Shown here: in pieces, positions 10,249 to 19,252 of the stretch
Layout of the letters: each line of letters begins with the position of its first letter
Numbering within the stretch: the stretch's first letter is position 1
Source of the DNA: a virus
Lineage: Duplodnaviria > Heunggongvirae > Uroviricota > Caudoviricetes
IMG/VR virus record: IMGVR_UViG_647533110_000001
DNA length: 64,000 nucleotides
Reading direction: 5' to 3' (one strand)
The notes under the pieces: model-generated
Database searches by the model: none
Told to the model about the DNA's origin: nothing
What the model saw: the letters and a program-made list of their open reading frames with translations, nothing else
Program-made: the position numbers and the translations under genes

Positions 10249-10342
10249 AGTGTTATGGTAGAAATCCGGGTTCGATTCCCGGAACACTACATATATTTGT
10301 TGTTTCCATGTGTGTTGTTCGACATGTTTTTGTTTGAAGGGT

Positions 10343-10381
10343 GGCGCGATCAGAATGTTATTGTTCTGGTTGCGCCTTTTC
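10343..10381 (+). terminator. hairpin GGCGCGATCAG...CTGGTTGCGCC followed by a T-run
   Basis: GC-rich stem plus TTTTCC downstream of gene block. Confidence 0.3.
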
Positions 10382-10469
10382 CTTTAAAGTTAAAGCGAGT
10401 TAATATTCAAAAAGTGGACAACTATGGACACCATCAAAAAACTATTCGATAATAAAAACAAAAAGAAAT

Positions 10470-10847
10470 ATGCAAAAGGAATTGTTAGAAATAGAATTTC
10501 GTTATCATGACAGACCGATAGGTAGCTGCCCAGCTACTTCTTGTAGTAAGACAATTGCCATAGGTATATTTGATACTTTGGAAGAAGCAGTCAAAGCTGG
10601 TAATGAAACATTGAAGGTGTTGTCAGAACATTTCCAAGTAAGATCAGATGACCGATTTAAAGTTCGTGGTTTGTTTGGCACTCCAGATAGACTTGTAACA
10701 AATTGTTGTTATACAACTAAAGGGATTGCATATTTTGCAAAAATTACTCCTCTAAAATTTGATGATCTCTCTGAAACTATAGCAGAGACATTTAAAGCAT
10801 ACGATAGATACAGACAATATAGACGTGAACAAAAAAACGATGAATAA
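10470..10847 (+). CDS. hypothetical protein
   Basis: 125-aa ORF. Confidence 0.45.
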   Translation: MQKELLEIEFRYHDRPIGSCPATSCSKTIAIGIFDTLEEAVKAGNETLKVLSEHFQVRSDDRFKVRGLFGTPDRLVTNCCYTTKGIAYFAKITPLKFDDLSETIAETFKAYDRYRQYRREQKNDE

Positions 10848-11082
10848 TATGGATGTAATAGTCTTAAATCACAAAAACAAAGTATCCTTGCAGGTACAGC
10901 ATGTAGATATTGGTAGTTCTATTGATTTGCATTTTCCAAACGAAAATCAATCATTTGATGCTTTTCAGAAACTTCGTGAAATAGGTGTGAGATGTTTTCA
11001 TGCTGGTAAAAATGCTCCTTGTGGGGCTTCTGTAATGATGTATTCTTATGGTAATGATAATCTTCAACTTCAAATAAAGTAG
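10825..11082 (+). CDS. hypothetical protein
   Basis: 85-aa ORF. Confidence 0.4.
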   Translation: MNKKTMNNMDVIVLNHKNKVSLQVQHVDIGSSIDLHFPNENQSFDAFQKLREIGVRCFHAGKNAPCGASVMMYSYGNDNLQLQIK

Positions 11083-11086
11083 TAAA

Positions 11087-11551
11087 ATGGAAGAAAAGAA
11101 GTATATAAATATTGATAATATGGCGACACGCCTTTGTCAAATTCTCAAAGATGCACGTGAAAGCATGGTTGATGATAAAAATAAGGATTTTATCATGGAG
11201 AACTTTTCGGATGAATATCTGGAAGATTACAGTAATGTAATGGCTTGGCAATTTAATTCTGATATGAAGAAATACTTGCATAATCCGGACCATAGGATCT
11301 GTGGTAATTTTAATAACATTGATTATGACTACCCTTATCATATTTATGGAGAGGTTACATACGACACACCTCTTGTAAATGCTATGATTGCTAGGTTAGA
11401 TGCCGGTGAAGACAGCGAACAAGCTAACGAGGACCGGGACTTTCTTGTTGACTGGTTCTTTGAAACTTTTGGAACATGGGGAATATCCTATAATTTCCAG
11501 TCAAATATATCAGAGTTCCTTTATATGGAGTTTAAAAACCAACAATCTTAA
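11087..11551 (+). CDS. hypothetical protein
   Basis: 154-aa ORF. Confidence 0.5.
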   Translation: MEEKKYINIDNMATRLCQILKDARESMVDDKNKDFIMENFSDEYLEDYSNVMAWQFNSDMKKYLHNPDHRICGNFNNIDYDYPYHIYGEVTYDTPLVNAMIARLDAGEDSEQANEDRDFLVDWFFETFGTWGISYNFQSNISEFLYMEFKNQQS

Positions 11552-11555
11552 ATCA

Positions 11556-12260
11556 ATGAAAACAATAACATTGCAACTGTACACTTTTGATGAATTGTCG
11601 GAAGAGGTACAAAAAGAAATTATTGAGCGTGAACGCTGGAATATAATGGATCAGTGTATGGAGGCTTACGGTTCAGATTATGTAACGTCTCTAAGAACTT
11701 TCGAGAAATTGACAAATACCCAATCATGTAGTTGGAGTGTTAATTATAGCGGATACAATTTTAATTTTAAATATAATAATAATCCCATTTTTGAGTGTCC
11801 AATAGATTGCAGTAATGATATTTATGCAGAGGAATTATGTGGTAAACTATTATTTCGATATATCAATAATAATATTATGCCATACATTACACAAGGTAGA
11901 TATTATTCATCTTCAGGCAAATATATAAATGAAAAATACACTTACAAATACAGACGAAGCCGTATTATCAAATCTGTAGGTGATGATTGTCCACTAACAG
12001 GTATGTGTTATGATTTCTACTTGCTTGAACCTATCATCAAATATTATAAAACTTGGTGCAGTTATCCGGACAACTTTTCGCTCACAGACTTAATAGAACA
12101 ATGCTACGACAGTTTTTTCAAATGCTGGCATGAAGAATATGAGTATTGGGCCAATGATGAAAATGCAATCCGGGAGGAATTACATAACAACCAGTATGAG
12201 GACAGGTTGTATTATATGGATGGAAGAGTCTATAGTGGACCGTTAGATGATGTTGCATAA
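11556..12260 (+). CDS. hypothetical protein
   Basis: start chosen at MKTITLQ directly after the upstream stop (track ORF 11400.. overlaps the previous gene). Confidence 0.5.
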   Translation: MKTITLQLYTFDELSEEVQKEIIERERWNIMDQCMEAYGSDYVTSLRTFEKLTNTQSCSWSVNYSGYNFNFKYNNNPIFECPIDCSNDIYAEELCGKLLFRYINNNIMPYITQGRYYSSSGKYINEKYTYKYRRSRIIKSVGDDCPLTGMCYDFYLLEPIIKYYKTWCSYPDNFSLTDLIEQCYDSFFKCWHEEYEYWANDENAIREELHNNQYEDRLYYMDGRVYSGPLDDVA

Positions 12261-12277
12261 TTAAAATTCAAAAAACA

Positions 12278-12487
12278 ATGATACTCAATATAGTAAAAAA
12301 TGGTACAGATTCTTCAAGTATTTTAGAATGCGTGAGAAAAACTTTCAATAACTCAAAGGTCAGTATTAAAACAGACTATGAAATATCTGTTGATATTGAA
12401 GTAGTTGGCGAGGGTGGACTGCACAGTTTGGAAGGACTAAAAGAACTGGAAGATTATTTTAGAGACTATGACATCAGGGTTTGGTAA
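12278..12487 (+). CDS. hypothetical protein
   Basis: 69-aa ORF. Confidence 0.4.
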   Translation: MILNIVKNGTDSSSILECVRKTFNNSKVSIKTDYEISVDIEVVGEGGLHSLEGLKELEDYFRDYDIRVW

Positions 12488-12783
12488 TTTTAAGTGGTCA
12501 AGAAATGAACGGAGAACAGATAATACCGCCAATTACTGATCCATTAGGGAAACATTGGCAACAACCTCACAGAAGATTTATTGAACTGGACAATACCCAT
12601 GCACTTATGAGCGAACAAACGTTCAAGGGATTAAAAGAATATTCTACCTCAATACCCACAGGAAGATACGAAGGTAAAATGTGGAAAGGATTTACAAAAG
12701 GAGAATGGTATCTTGTATGGTTCGCTCCTGACATAAATCACAACTTACTTCGTATAGAAAGAAGGATAATATTAATAGTGTAA
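12481..12783 (+). CDS. hypothetical protein
   Basis: 100-aa ORF. Confidence 0.4.
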   Translation: MVILSGQEMNGEQIIPPITDPLGKHWQQPHRRFIELDNTHALMSEQTFKGLKEYSTSIPTGRYEGKMWKGFTKGEWYLVWFAPDINHNLLRIERRIILIV

Positions 12784-12808
12784 AATAAAATAAGAAAGGA
12801 GTAAAATA

Positions 12809-13507
12809 ATGAGTCATTTTGTAGTAATGGTCATTGGTGATGACGCAGAAAAACAATTAGAAAAATACGACGAGAGTTTGGAACTTCCTCCGTATATAAA
12901 ACACACAAAGGATGAGCTAGTAGCTTTGAAAAGAAAAGAGATTGAAGATTATCGAAACACTGTATATGCAAAGTATCTGGAAAACAAAGAACTTTATAAA
13001 CAGGGTTGTGAAAATGAAAGACATATAGAATATCTGGAAAACGAGTTTCCTCAAAAGTTACATTGGAGTGATGAACAAGTATATCAAGATGCTATAAAAT
13101 ACAGTGAAATAGACGAAAAAGGGAACGTTATTTCAACATATAATCCGGATGCTAAATGGGATTGGTATGTAAGAGGTGGCAGATGGGCTGGATACCTCTG
13201 GCTGAAAGAGGGAACTGAACCATTGGTACCTGTCAATTTCTCATGGGGATGGAGCGAAGAAGAAAAGCAGAAAGTTATTGATGAAAACAGAGCAGATGTA
13301 GCCGTAAAAAAAGACATTGCTAATTTGGATAATATTATACCATTTGCTATTGTTAAAGATGGTCATTGGTATGAAAAAGGACAAATGGGCTGGTGGGCTG
13401 TTGTGCTGAATGAGAAAGATGACCATATCTGGGAAGAAGAAGTGAAAAAACTATTAGAAGGACTTTCAGAGGATACTATCATTTCGATTTATGATTGTCA
13501 TATTTAA
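12809..13507 (+). CDS. hypothetical protein
   Basis: 232 aa, W-rich; RBS-like AGGAG upstream. Confidence 0.55.
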   Translation: MSHFVVMVIGDDAEKQLEKYDESLELPPYIKHTKDELVALKRKEIEDYRNTVYAKYLENKELYKQGCENERHIEYLENEFPQKLHWSDEQVYQDAIKYSEIDEKGNVISTYNPDAKWDWYVRGGRWAGYLWLKEGTEPLVPVNFSWGWSEEEKQKVIDENRADVAVKKDIANLDNIIPFAIVKDGHWYEKGQMGWWAVVLNEKDDHIWEEEVKKLLEGLSEDTIISIYDCHI

Positions 13508-13524
13508 TATATAACAGATTAGAA

Positions 13525-13740
13525 ATGAGTAAAGAGGAATTGATAAATCAAATAATTGCAATAATTGGATCTGATGATAATTTTGATAATCAAATTTCCG
13601 ATTATGAACATGTTTCAATGTCGCGTCCAGAAGATTTGATTCAAGATAGGACATCGTTTGAACAGATGGTTTTGTACGCTAATGAAATGATGTATAAAAT
13701 CGAAAATGTGAGAAATTTGGTATTAAATGAAATAGATTAA
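13525..13740 (+). CDS. hypothetical protein
   Basis: start at MSKEELINQ, in frame within track ORF 13495..13740. Confidence 0.4.
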   Translation: MSKEELINQIIAIIGSDDNFDNQISDYEHVSMSRPEDLIQDRTSFEQMVLYANEMMYKIENVRNLVLNEID

Positions 13741-13931
13741 TATTCAAAGTGGAAAGATATGATATTATTTGAAAACCCACCTACTGTCTATTTTGAGAAA
13801 GTAGAAGATTATGAAGAAAAATCGACTCCGTGGAGACGGGTTCCTCCTACATATAAAGGCTCCTCAACAAAAAATGGACGTAACAAGAAGCAAATAAGAA
13901 AAGACCGGAAACGAAATAAGAAAAGATAATT

Positions 13932-14279
13932 ATGTCACAAAAATCAATGAAACTCCCAAAACTGTATAGGATCATCGTTGATGTCCAATTTGGAGACATG
14001 CTGGACGAATGCAATAAACTGTATGATGGCGAAGGGTATGGAACTGTCTTTACCGATGCGAATGGAGATGCTGTTATTGACTATCTTAAACAATGGGATA
14101 GTGATGAATGGACTGACGATGATATTCGCAGCGAAGAACCAAGGTGGGTGAATAATGGCACTGATTCCGTACATCAAAAGGATGGATACACCCTTATTTA
14201 CAACTCAACTATTGGTGGTGTATATATGCTGTATCGTGAAGCAAATGATGCTGAAATAGAATGGTATAATAACAATTGA
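13932..14279 (+). CDS. hypothetical protein
   Basis: 115-aa ORF. Confidence 0.5.
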   Translation: MSQKSMKLPKLYRIIVDVQFGDMLDECNKLYDGEGYGTVFTDANGDAVIDYLKQWDSDEWTDDDIRSEEPRWVNNGTDSVHQKDGYTLIYNSTIGGVYMLYREANDAEIEWYNNN

Positions 14280-14542
14280 TATGTATGAAAAATGAAACAA
14301 AAATAACTTTCGTAAAATCTCCAGAAGAAGGAGAAATATGTGCTGTATTTGTGAATGAATTTTGGGATAGGTTCAAAACTAAATTGACAAGCTATATGCA
14401 CATCGGACAACACGCCGGTTGCTCTCCTGACATTCTGAAAAATTGGCCTTTAGCTACTGAACAAGAATATCGGTCATTGTTAGAAGAACTTAACACAATA
14501 GGATATGAAAACATCAAAATCATTCAATCAAGAATACATTGA
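14276..14542 (+). CDS. hypothetical protein
   Basis: 88-aa ORF. Confidence 0.4.
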   Translation: MICMKNETKITFVKSPEEGEICAVFVNEFWDRFKTKLTSYMHIGQHAGCSPDILKNWPLATEQEYRSLLEELNTIGYENIKIIQSRIH

Positions 14543-15116
14543 GAAAGCGAAAACGCTAATCCATGAGATCCTCGAAGATAAAAAAGAGTACGATGACTGG
14601 ACTCAAATCTGTTTTTCCATGCAAAATGCAGTACAAGCTGCGGCTAATATATGGGGAATATCATCAGATGAACAGATTAATAAAATGAGATCCTTTATTA
14701 CAGAAATGGTTTTTACAGAACTTTCAAATCTCAAACAGTTTGACATAGTGTTTAAAAAGAAGGGGGCACAAGTAGAAAGGTCATTAGACACATTGTATTG
14801 CTCAAAATGTGGAAGCAGTGATGTTGAAAAGAGGGTATGGGTAAATCCGAATACACGTGAAATCAGATGCAATGATTCAATTGAGGTGACAGATTGCTGG
14901 TGTGGCATTTGTGAAGAGCATGTAGAATTATGCACCCTTTCAGAATTATGGGAAATGTTTGGAGACATTCCGGTCAATAACGATGATGAGATTGAAGAAG
15001 ACTTTCTCAACTTCCCGGCCGGAACCTTAAAGATTGATGTCTGGCATTGGTTTGATGAACGATGTCCTAACAATTTACACGATGATTTAATGTATTTTAA
15101 AAACGATGCCGTATAA
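14505..15116 (+). CDS. Cys-rich (zinc-binding?) protein
   Basis: CSKCG...C..CWCGICEEHVELC cysteine cluster. Confidence 0.45.
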   Translation: MKTSKSFNQEYIEKAKTLIHEILEDKKEYDDWTQICFSMQNAVQAAANIWGISSDEQINKMRSFITEMVFTELSNLKQFDIVFKKKGAQVERSLDTLYCSKCGSSDVEKRVWVNPNTREIRCNDSIEVTDCWCGICEEHVELCTLSELWEMFGDIPVNNDDEIEEDFLNFPAGTLKIDVWHWFDERCPNNLHDDLMYFKNDAV

Positions 15117-15429
15117 ATCAGAAAAGACTCGTATCGCTGGAACCCAATATGATAGACGAATAAAGCTCACTCCAGACCAAAAAGAATATATAAAATGGTT
15201 GAGAGAAAAGCAATTAATCAGTTACTCTAAACTTGCTAAAATATTTGGAGTGAGCAAGCGTCTTATTCAATTTATTTGTTGCCCAGACAAATATTTGAAA
15301 AATAAAGAGAGTTTAAAACAACGTAAAGCAGAAGGGCGATACAAACCTACAAAAGCAGAATGGGCAGCAACAATTCGTGAGCACAGGAGATATAAGGAAC
15401 AACTCAAAAAGAAAGGAGATATAAAATGA
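15106..15429 (+). CDS. small HTH DNA-binding protein (transposase/resolvase-type HTH), paralog of 21119..21427
   Basis: KLTPDQKEYIKWL...LAKIFGVSKRLIQFI resembles IS-transposase N-terminal HTH; ATGA-coupled to the RT gene. Confidence 0.55.
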   Translation: MPYKSEKTRIAGTQYDRRIKLTPDQKEYIKWLREKQLISYSKLAKIFGVSKRLIQFICCPDKYLKNKESLKQRKAEGRYKPTKAEWAATIREHRRYKEQLKKKGDIK

Positions 15430-16694
15430 AAGATAAGATTCTTACAATGTTCTTCGACATTAATAGATGGACAAAAGCAATTGAGAAAGGCGTTCTGAAG
15501 GATATTCGGAAGAGCGAACTTATCAAACTGACAGAAGAACCAACCAGAATTCGCATGGCAGAAGCTATGTTGAATGGTAAATATCAAATAACACCACCAC
15601 ATATTGCACAAATCCCGAAGGATAACGGAGAGTTTCGTACTGTATATGTCAATGAACCTATTGACCGTATAATCCTAAACATCGCGAACGATTTGTTATT
15701 TGATTTAATGCCAGAGATGATTCATCCTGCTTGTAAATCTTATCAGGTCGGTATTGGTTGCGGTAAAGTGGTTCTGGAAGTAAGTCACACAATTGTTGAC
15801 ATGAAAAGTGATGGTTATGTGGGCTGGAAATCTGATTTAAGTAAATATTTCGACACTGTTCCTATCCGGTTTATTGACGCAGCTTTTGATAAGGTAGAAG
15901 CTAAGTATGGTCACTCTGTGTTAATTGATGTATTAAGAAAATACTATCATTGCGGATTGTATTTCGATGAGAACAACGAACTGCATGAAAAATATCAATC
16001 ACTTAAACAAGGATGCGCAGTAGCAAGCTGGTTAGCCAACGTGTTGCTATATAGCCTGGATGATGAACTGTCCCAATTGAATGGGTTTTACGTAAGGTAT
16101 TCGGATGATATGTTGTTCGTTGGTCCGGACTATGAAAAGGCTATGACCATTTTACAAAAGAGATTGGCCGAAAAATCAATGAATTTGAATCCCAAGAAAG
16201 TAGAGTACCTGACTATGGACAAGTGGTTTAAATTTCTAGGTTTCAGCATTAAGGGAAGTATGATTTCTTTCTCTCCCAATCGTCTTAAAACCTTCCAGAA
16301 AGAAATAGAATCAAGAACCATCAGAAAACGTGGTATTACGTTGAAGAAGGCTGTGGATTCGGTTAACCGATATTTATATAAAGGCAATGGAGAATATAGT
16401 TGGGCGACTCAGACCCTTCCAGTATGTAATGTTCGGGTTGATATTAATGAATTGAATAAATTCGTAATGGATTGCCTTAGAGCCGTTGAAACTGGGAAAC
16501 ATAAAGTTGGTGGCCTTGGCTATGTTAAGGATAAGCCGGATGGTTGTGTTGTTAGAAGTATTGGTCGGAACGTAAAGGCTAATCGAAATAAATCTAAGAG
16601 TAAAGAAATTGAAGGTTATTTGACAATAGGTTGTATGCAGAATGCTATTTTGACCAGAAGAGCAGCGTACAATACTTTAGTGGCAATATTGTAA
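15426..16694 (+). CDS. reverse transcriptase, unassigned class
   Basis: RT motifs 1-7: IPKDNGEFRTVY, GWKSDLSKYFDTVP, LKQGCAVASWLANVLL, YVRYSDDMLFVG (YxDD), LNPKKVEYL, FKFLGFSI; no En/maturase/DGR IGxxxSQ signature. Confidence 0.85.
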   Translation: MKDKILTMFFDINRWTKAIEKGVLKDIRKSELIKLTEEPTRIRMAEAMLNGKYQITPPHIAQIPKDNGEFRTVYVNEPIDRIILNIANDLLFDLMPEMIHPACKSYQVGIGCGKVVLEVSHTIVDMKSDGYVGWKSDLSKYFDTVPIRFIDAAFDKVEAKYGHSVLIDVLRKYYHCGLYFDENNELHEKYQSLKQGCAVASWLANVLLYSLDDELSQLNGFYVRYSDDMLFVGPDYEKAMTILQKRLAEKSMNLNPKKVEYLTMDKWFKFLGFSIKGSMISFSPNRLKTFQKEIESRTIRKRGITLKKAVDSVNRYLYKGNGEYSWATQTLPVCNVRVDINELNKFVMDCLRAVETGKHKVGGLGYVKDKPDGCVVRSIGRNVKANRNKSKSKEIEGYLTIGCMQNAILTRRAAYNTLVAIL

Positions 16695-16740
16695 CTACAA
16701 TCTGAACACACAGTAAATGAATCCGAGGAACAAGTGTTTA

Positions 16741-16837
16741 ATATCCAGATTATATATTAGGTGCCCCGATTCTATCCTTGAAGGATTACATCCTTCAGTA
16801 TCTACTCCGGGCACCATATAATCATCTGGATTATATC
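16741..16837. repeat. long imperfect palindrome (ATATCCAGATTATATAT ... ATATAATCATCTGGATTATAT) with a nested inner hairpin
   Basis: direct reading, 47 bp downstream of the RT stop. Confidence 0.8.
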
Positions 16838-16847
16838 AATGAAGATA

Positions 16848-17500
16848 AAGAGATGTGCCAATTGTTATGAGGATTTTTATCAAGTAGCACAGCAGGCAAG
16901 TTCAAGAAGATATTTTCATATTCTAAATTTGAATGATTGATCATTTCACCGGAGGTTACAAGGCTATATAGCCTTTCACCTCAGGTTCTACGATCAAGTC
17001 ATATTTAGAATTATCATAAAAATAAAGTAATGTGCCGATTATTTGAGAACTTGTAAAATAAATGAAATACATCAAAAGTTATCCAAGGAATACATTTGTT
17101 TACTGTTCCGGTGAGCAGCTTCCTGGACCTATGAGTCGATAACTCATCTGCTCCAGGAATATCCAACCGGAATACATCTATTGGGTAAAGTAATGTATCA
17201 GTATTATGAGGATAACTATTTAGCACAGAAATGTAATTCAAGAAATATCATTTATATAGCTGGTTATATATCAGGAAGGACCGAGTACTAATTGTCCTGG
17301 TCCGTTCCTGATCACACCAGCTCTAAATCGAATAAGTATAGAAATGTGCCAATATTTTGAGAATTACAACTTATTACTTAACACAAAGTTTACAGTCTGG
17401 GATTTAGTAATTTAACATACTGGACAAGATATGATGCCCGCGTGATGACGGTCATCCTATGTATGACCTAGGATTACGCGGGCATTACTTGATACAGTAT
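16848..17500. repeat. four tandem ~160-bp modules, each with a conserved box (ATGTGCCAATnnTTnTGAGrAT) plus a unique 40-65-nt hairpin; candidate RT-associated ncRNA
   Basis: boxes at 16853, 17029, 17194, 17343; hairpins at 16947-16987, 17106-17172, 17267-17314, 17433-17485; only short spurious ORFs. Confidence 0.6.
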
Positions 17501-17718
17501 ATATCATAAACATATAGACATGTGTCACGCTAAATGGGGGCTGTTTTATAAGTAACACAACTTTCATTTATACAAGAACCTTGCGTTTAACAACTATCCG
17601 ACAATTACGCCGGCATCTACGGTTTTATAAACCTTTATTCCGGCGTATTCTGGATGTTAATATCAGGCTTTTAAAGAAATGTGTCAAAGGTTTGAGTATA
17701 AAATCAAAAGTAAACATT

Positions 17719-18177
17719 ATGAAAAATATTTATCAAGAATCAATACAGGCTGTAGAGAACGGAACCAAGTTTAAAGTAGATTTTAAAACACGAAGTTTCA
17801 AACTTAATGGCCAATATATTATACAGAATTCGCAGTATGAGGGAGACTTAGGTGTGGAATTATGCGCTTCTCTTGATGAGTTTCTGTCTAATGTAGAGCA
17901 TTTATATACTCGATATAAACATTCTATTCCATCAACAATGAGTGAATGTAAAAGCCGAAAATACTTTAAGGCTTTGTCTGATAAAGATTTGGAGGATGAA
18001 GACATGTTGTTTGGAGTTGGTCGAGATATAGCACAAGTCGAATTGGAATTATACATTCTCTGTCAAATAATATTGGGTATAGGTTGGGATGCTAATAAAA
18101 TGGGTAAATGGTTTTGGCAAAGCAACAAAGATAGAGATTTAGTAATTCTCAAAAACTGGGTTACAGTAGAGAAATAA
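17719..18177 (+). CDS. hypothetical protein
   Basis: start at MKNIYQES, in frame within track ORF 17581..18177; the upstream part overlaps the repeat region. Confidence 0.4.
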   Translation: MKNIYQESIQAVENGTKFKVDFKTRSFKLNGQYIIQNSQYEGDLGVELCASLDEFLSNVEHLYTRYKHSIPSTMSECKSRKYFKALSDKDLEDEDMLFGVGRDIAQVELELYILCQIILGIGWDANKMGKWFWQSNKDRDLVILKNWVTVEK

Positions 18178-18211
18178 ATAATCAGACTAAAAATTAAATT
18201 ATTAATAAGTT

Positions 18212-19201
18212 ATGAAACAGTTAAAATTTGAATGTCCTGAGTGTGGTACCGAGTTTACGCTTACAGCTAATCAAACCAAAGCTAAGGAGCGTATTGAAGC
18301 TCTAAAGAAAGCTGGTGTTGATGTTAGTGAGCTTTTTGCAATGCAAAGTGCAGATGGTTTGGAGTTTATAGCCTCAAAAAGAGATGGTGTCATTAGTATC
18401 TTGGAAGAAGATGATCCAATCTTCCAGGCCATTATAATTCAAGGCACAATTCCTAATCGGCAATTATTCAGACGTTGGGTAATGGCACAGATGTTCCGCA
18501 TAATTTATATAACTACCAATACCCACGGTGCTTATAAGCCGATTGGAGTTTCAGAGGTGATTCGTAATATGGGATATGAATATCAGTGGAAGATGCTAAA
18601 TAACGAGTTGTACGCCCAGCACAAAATGATGCAGAATGGTGATGTCGATAATTTCAGAGATCGAAATCGCTGGTTCAACAAAAGAGTGGTATTAGATATG
18701 GCAAAAGACTATATCGAGAAACTCAAAAAGAGATTTGAGAAGTTGAAATTGAGAAAATGTAAAGGGGTACCGTATAAACGTATCAACGGCCAAAACATTT
18801 TCGTTGATGATTTTGATAAAAAAGTAATCAAGCCATTGTTGTTTGCAGTACATAAAATACAACATGCCGAAAACACTTATGAACTTTGGCATTCGGTGCA
18901 GGAGTTCAATAAAAGGCGTATCAAAATGCATTGGGGTACTCCTCAAAATGCAGCATGGCTAGATGCTTACAAAGGAGCTGGAGCGTTCTTTACAATGCAG
19001 AACATGATTCGTTTTCATAATTGCGTTATCATTGATGACAATGGAAAAACATTAAGTAAAAACGCGTCCCTTGCTTTTTTGAATAAGAAGGCAAAGTTGT
19101 ACGAGAATAGAGAAGGTTGGCGTTTGATTGGTATGTTGAAGAAAACGCTGGATGACAACAACATTGATGTGGTTGCTAAAATGAAGGAATGGCGTAAATA
19201 A
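18212..19201 (+). CDS. hypothetical protein
   Basis: 329-aa ORF; N-terminal CPECG zinc-ribbon-like pair. Confidence 0.55.
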   Translation: MKQLKFECPECGTEFTLTANQTKAKERIEALKKAGVDVSELFAMQSADGLEFIASKRDGVISILEEDDPIFQAIIIQGTIPNRQLFRRWVMAQMFRIIYITTNTHGAYKPIGVSEVIRNMGYEYQWKMLNNELYAQHKMMQNGDVDNFRDRNRWFNKRVVLDMAKDYIEKLKKRFEKLKLRKCKGVPYKRINGQNIFVDDFDKKVIKPLLFAVHKIQHAENTYELWHSVQEFNKRRIKMHWGTPQNAAWLDAYKGAGAFFTMQNMIRFHNCVIIDDNGKTLSKNASLAFLNKKAKLYENREGWRLIGMLKKTLDDNNIDVVAKMKEWRK

Positions 19202-19252
19202 CTTAATCAAGGCAGTTTTCATAAACCAGTTTAGGTACATTTCCTCTGGTTT

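Noticed and set aside
16848-17500. CRISPR array as an explanation for the RT-downstream repeats
   Set aside because: The repeats are only about 70% identical and about 25 nt long. The 'spacers' are about 130 nt and themselves hairpinned. No cas genes are present.
15426-17500. Diversity-generating retroelement (TR/VR)
   Set aside because: The RT has QG...S rather than the DGR IGxxxSQ motif. Repeat differences are not adenine-specific. Neither repeat lies at the 3' end of a target ORF.
15426-17500. Group II intron
   Set aside because: The 422-aa RT has no X/maturase or En domain. There is no recognisable domain V hairpin, and no flanking intron RNA domains around the ORF.
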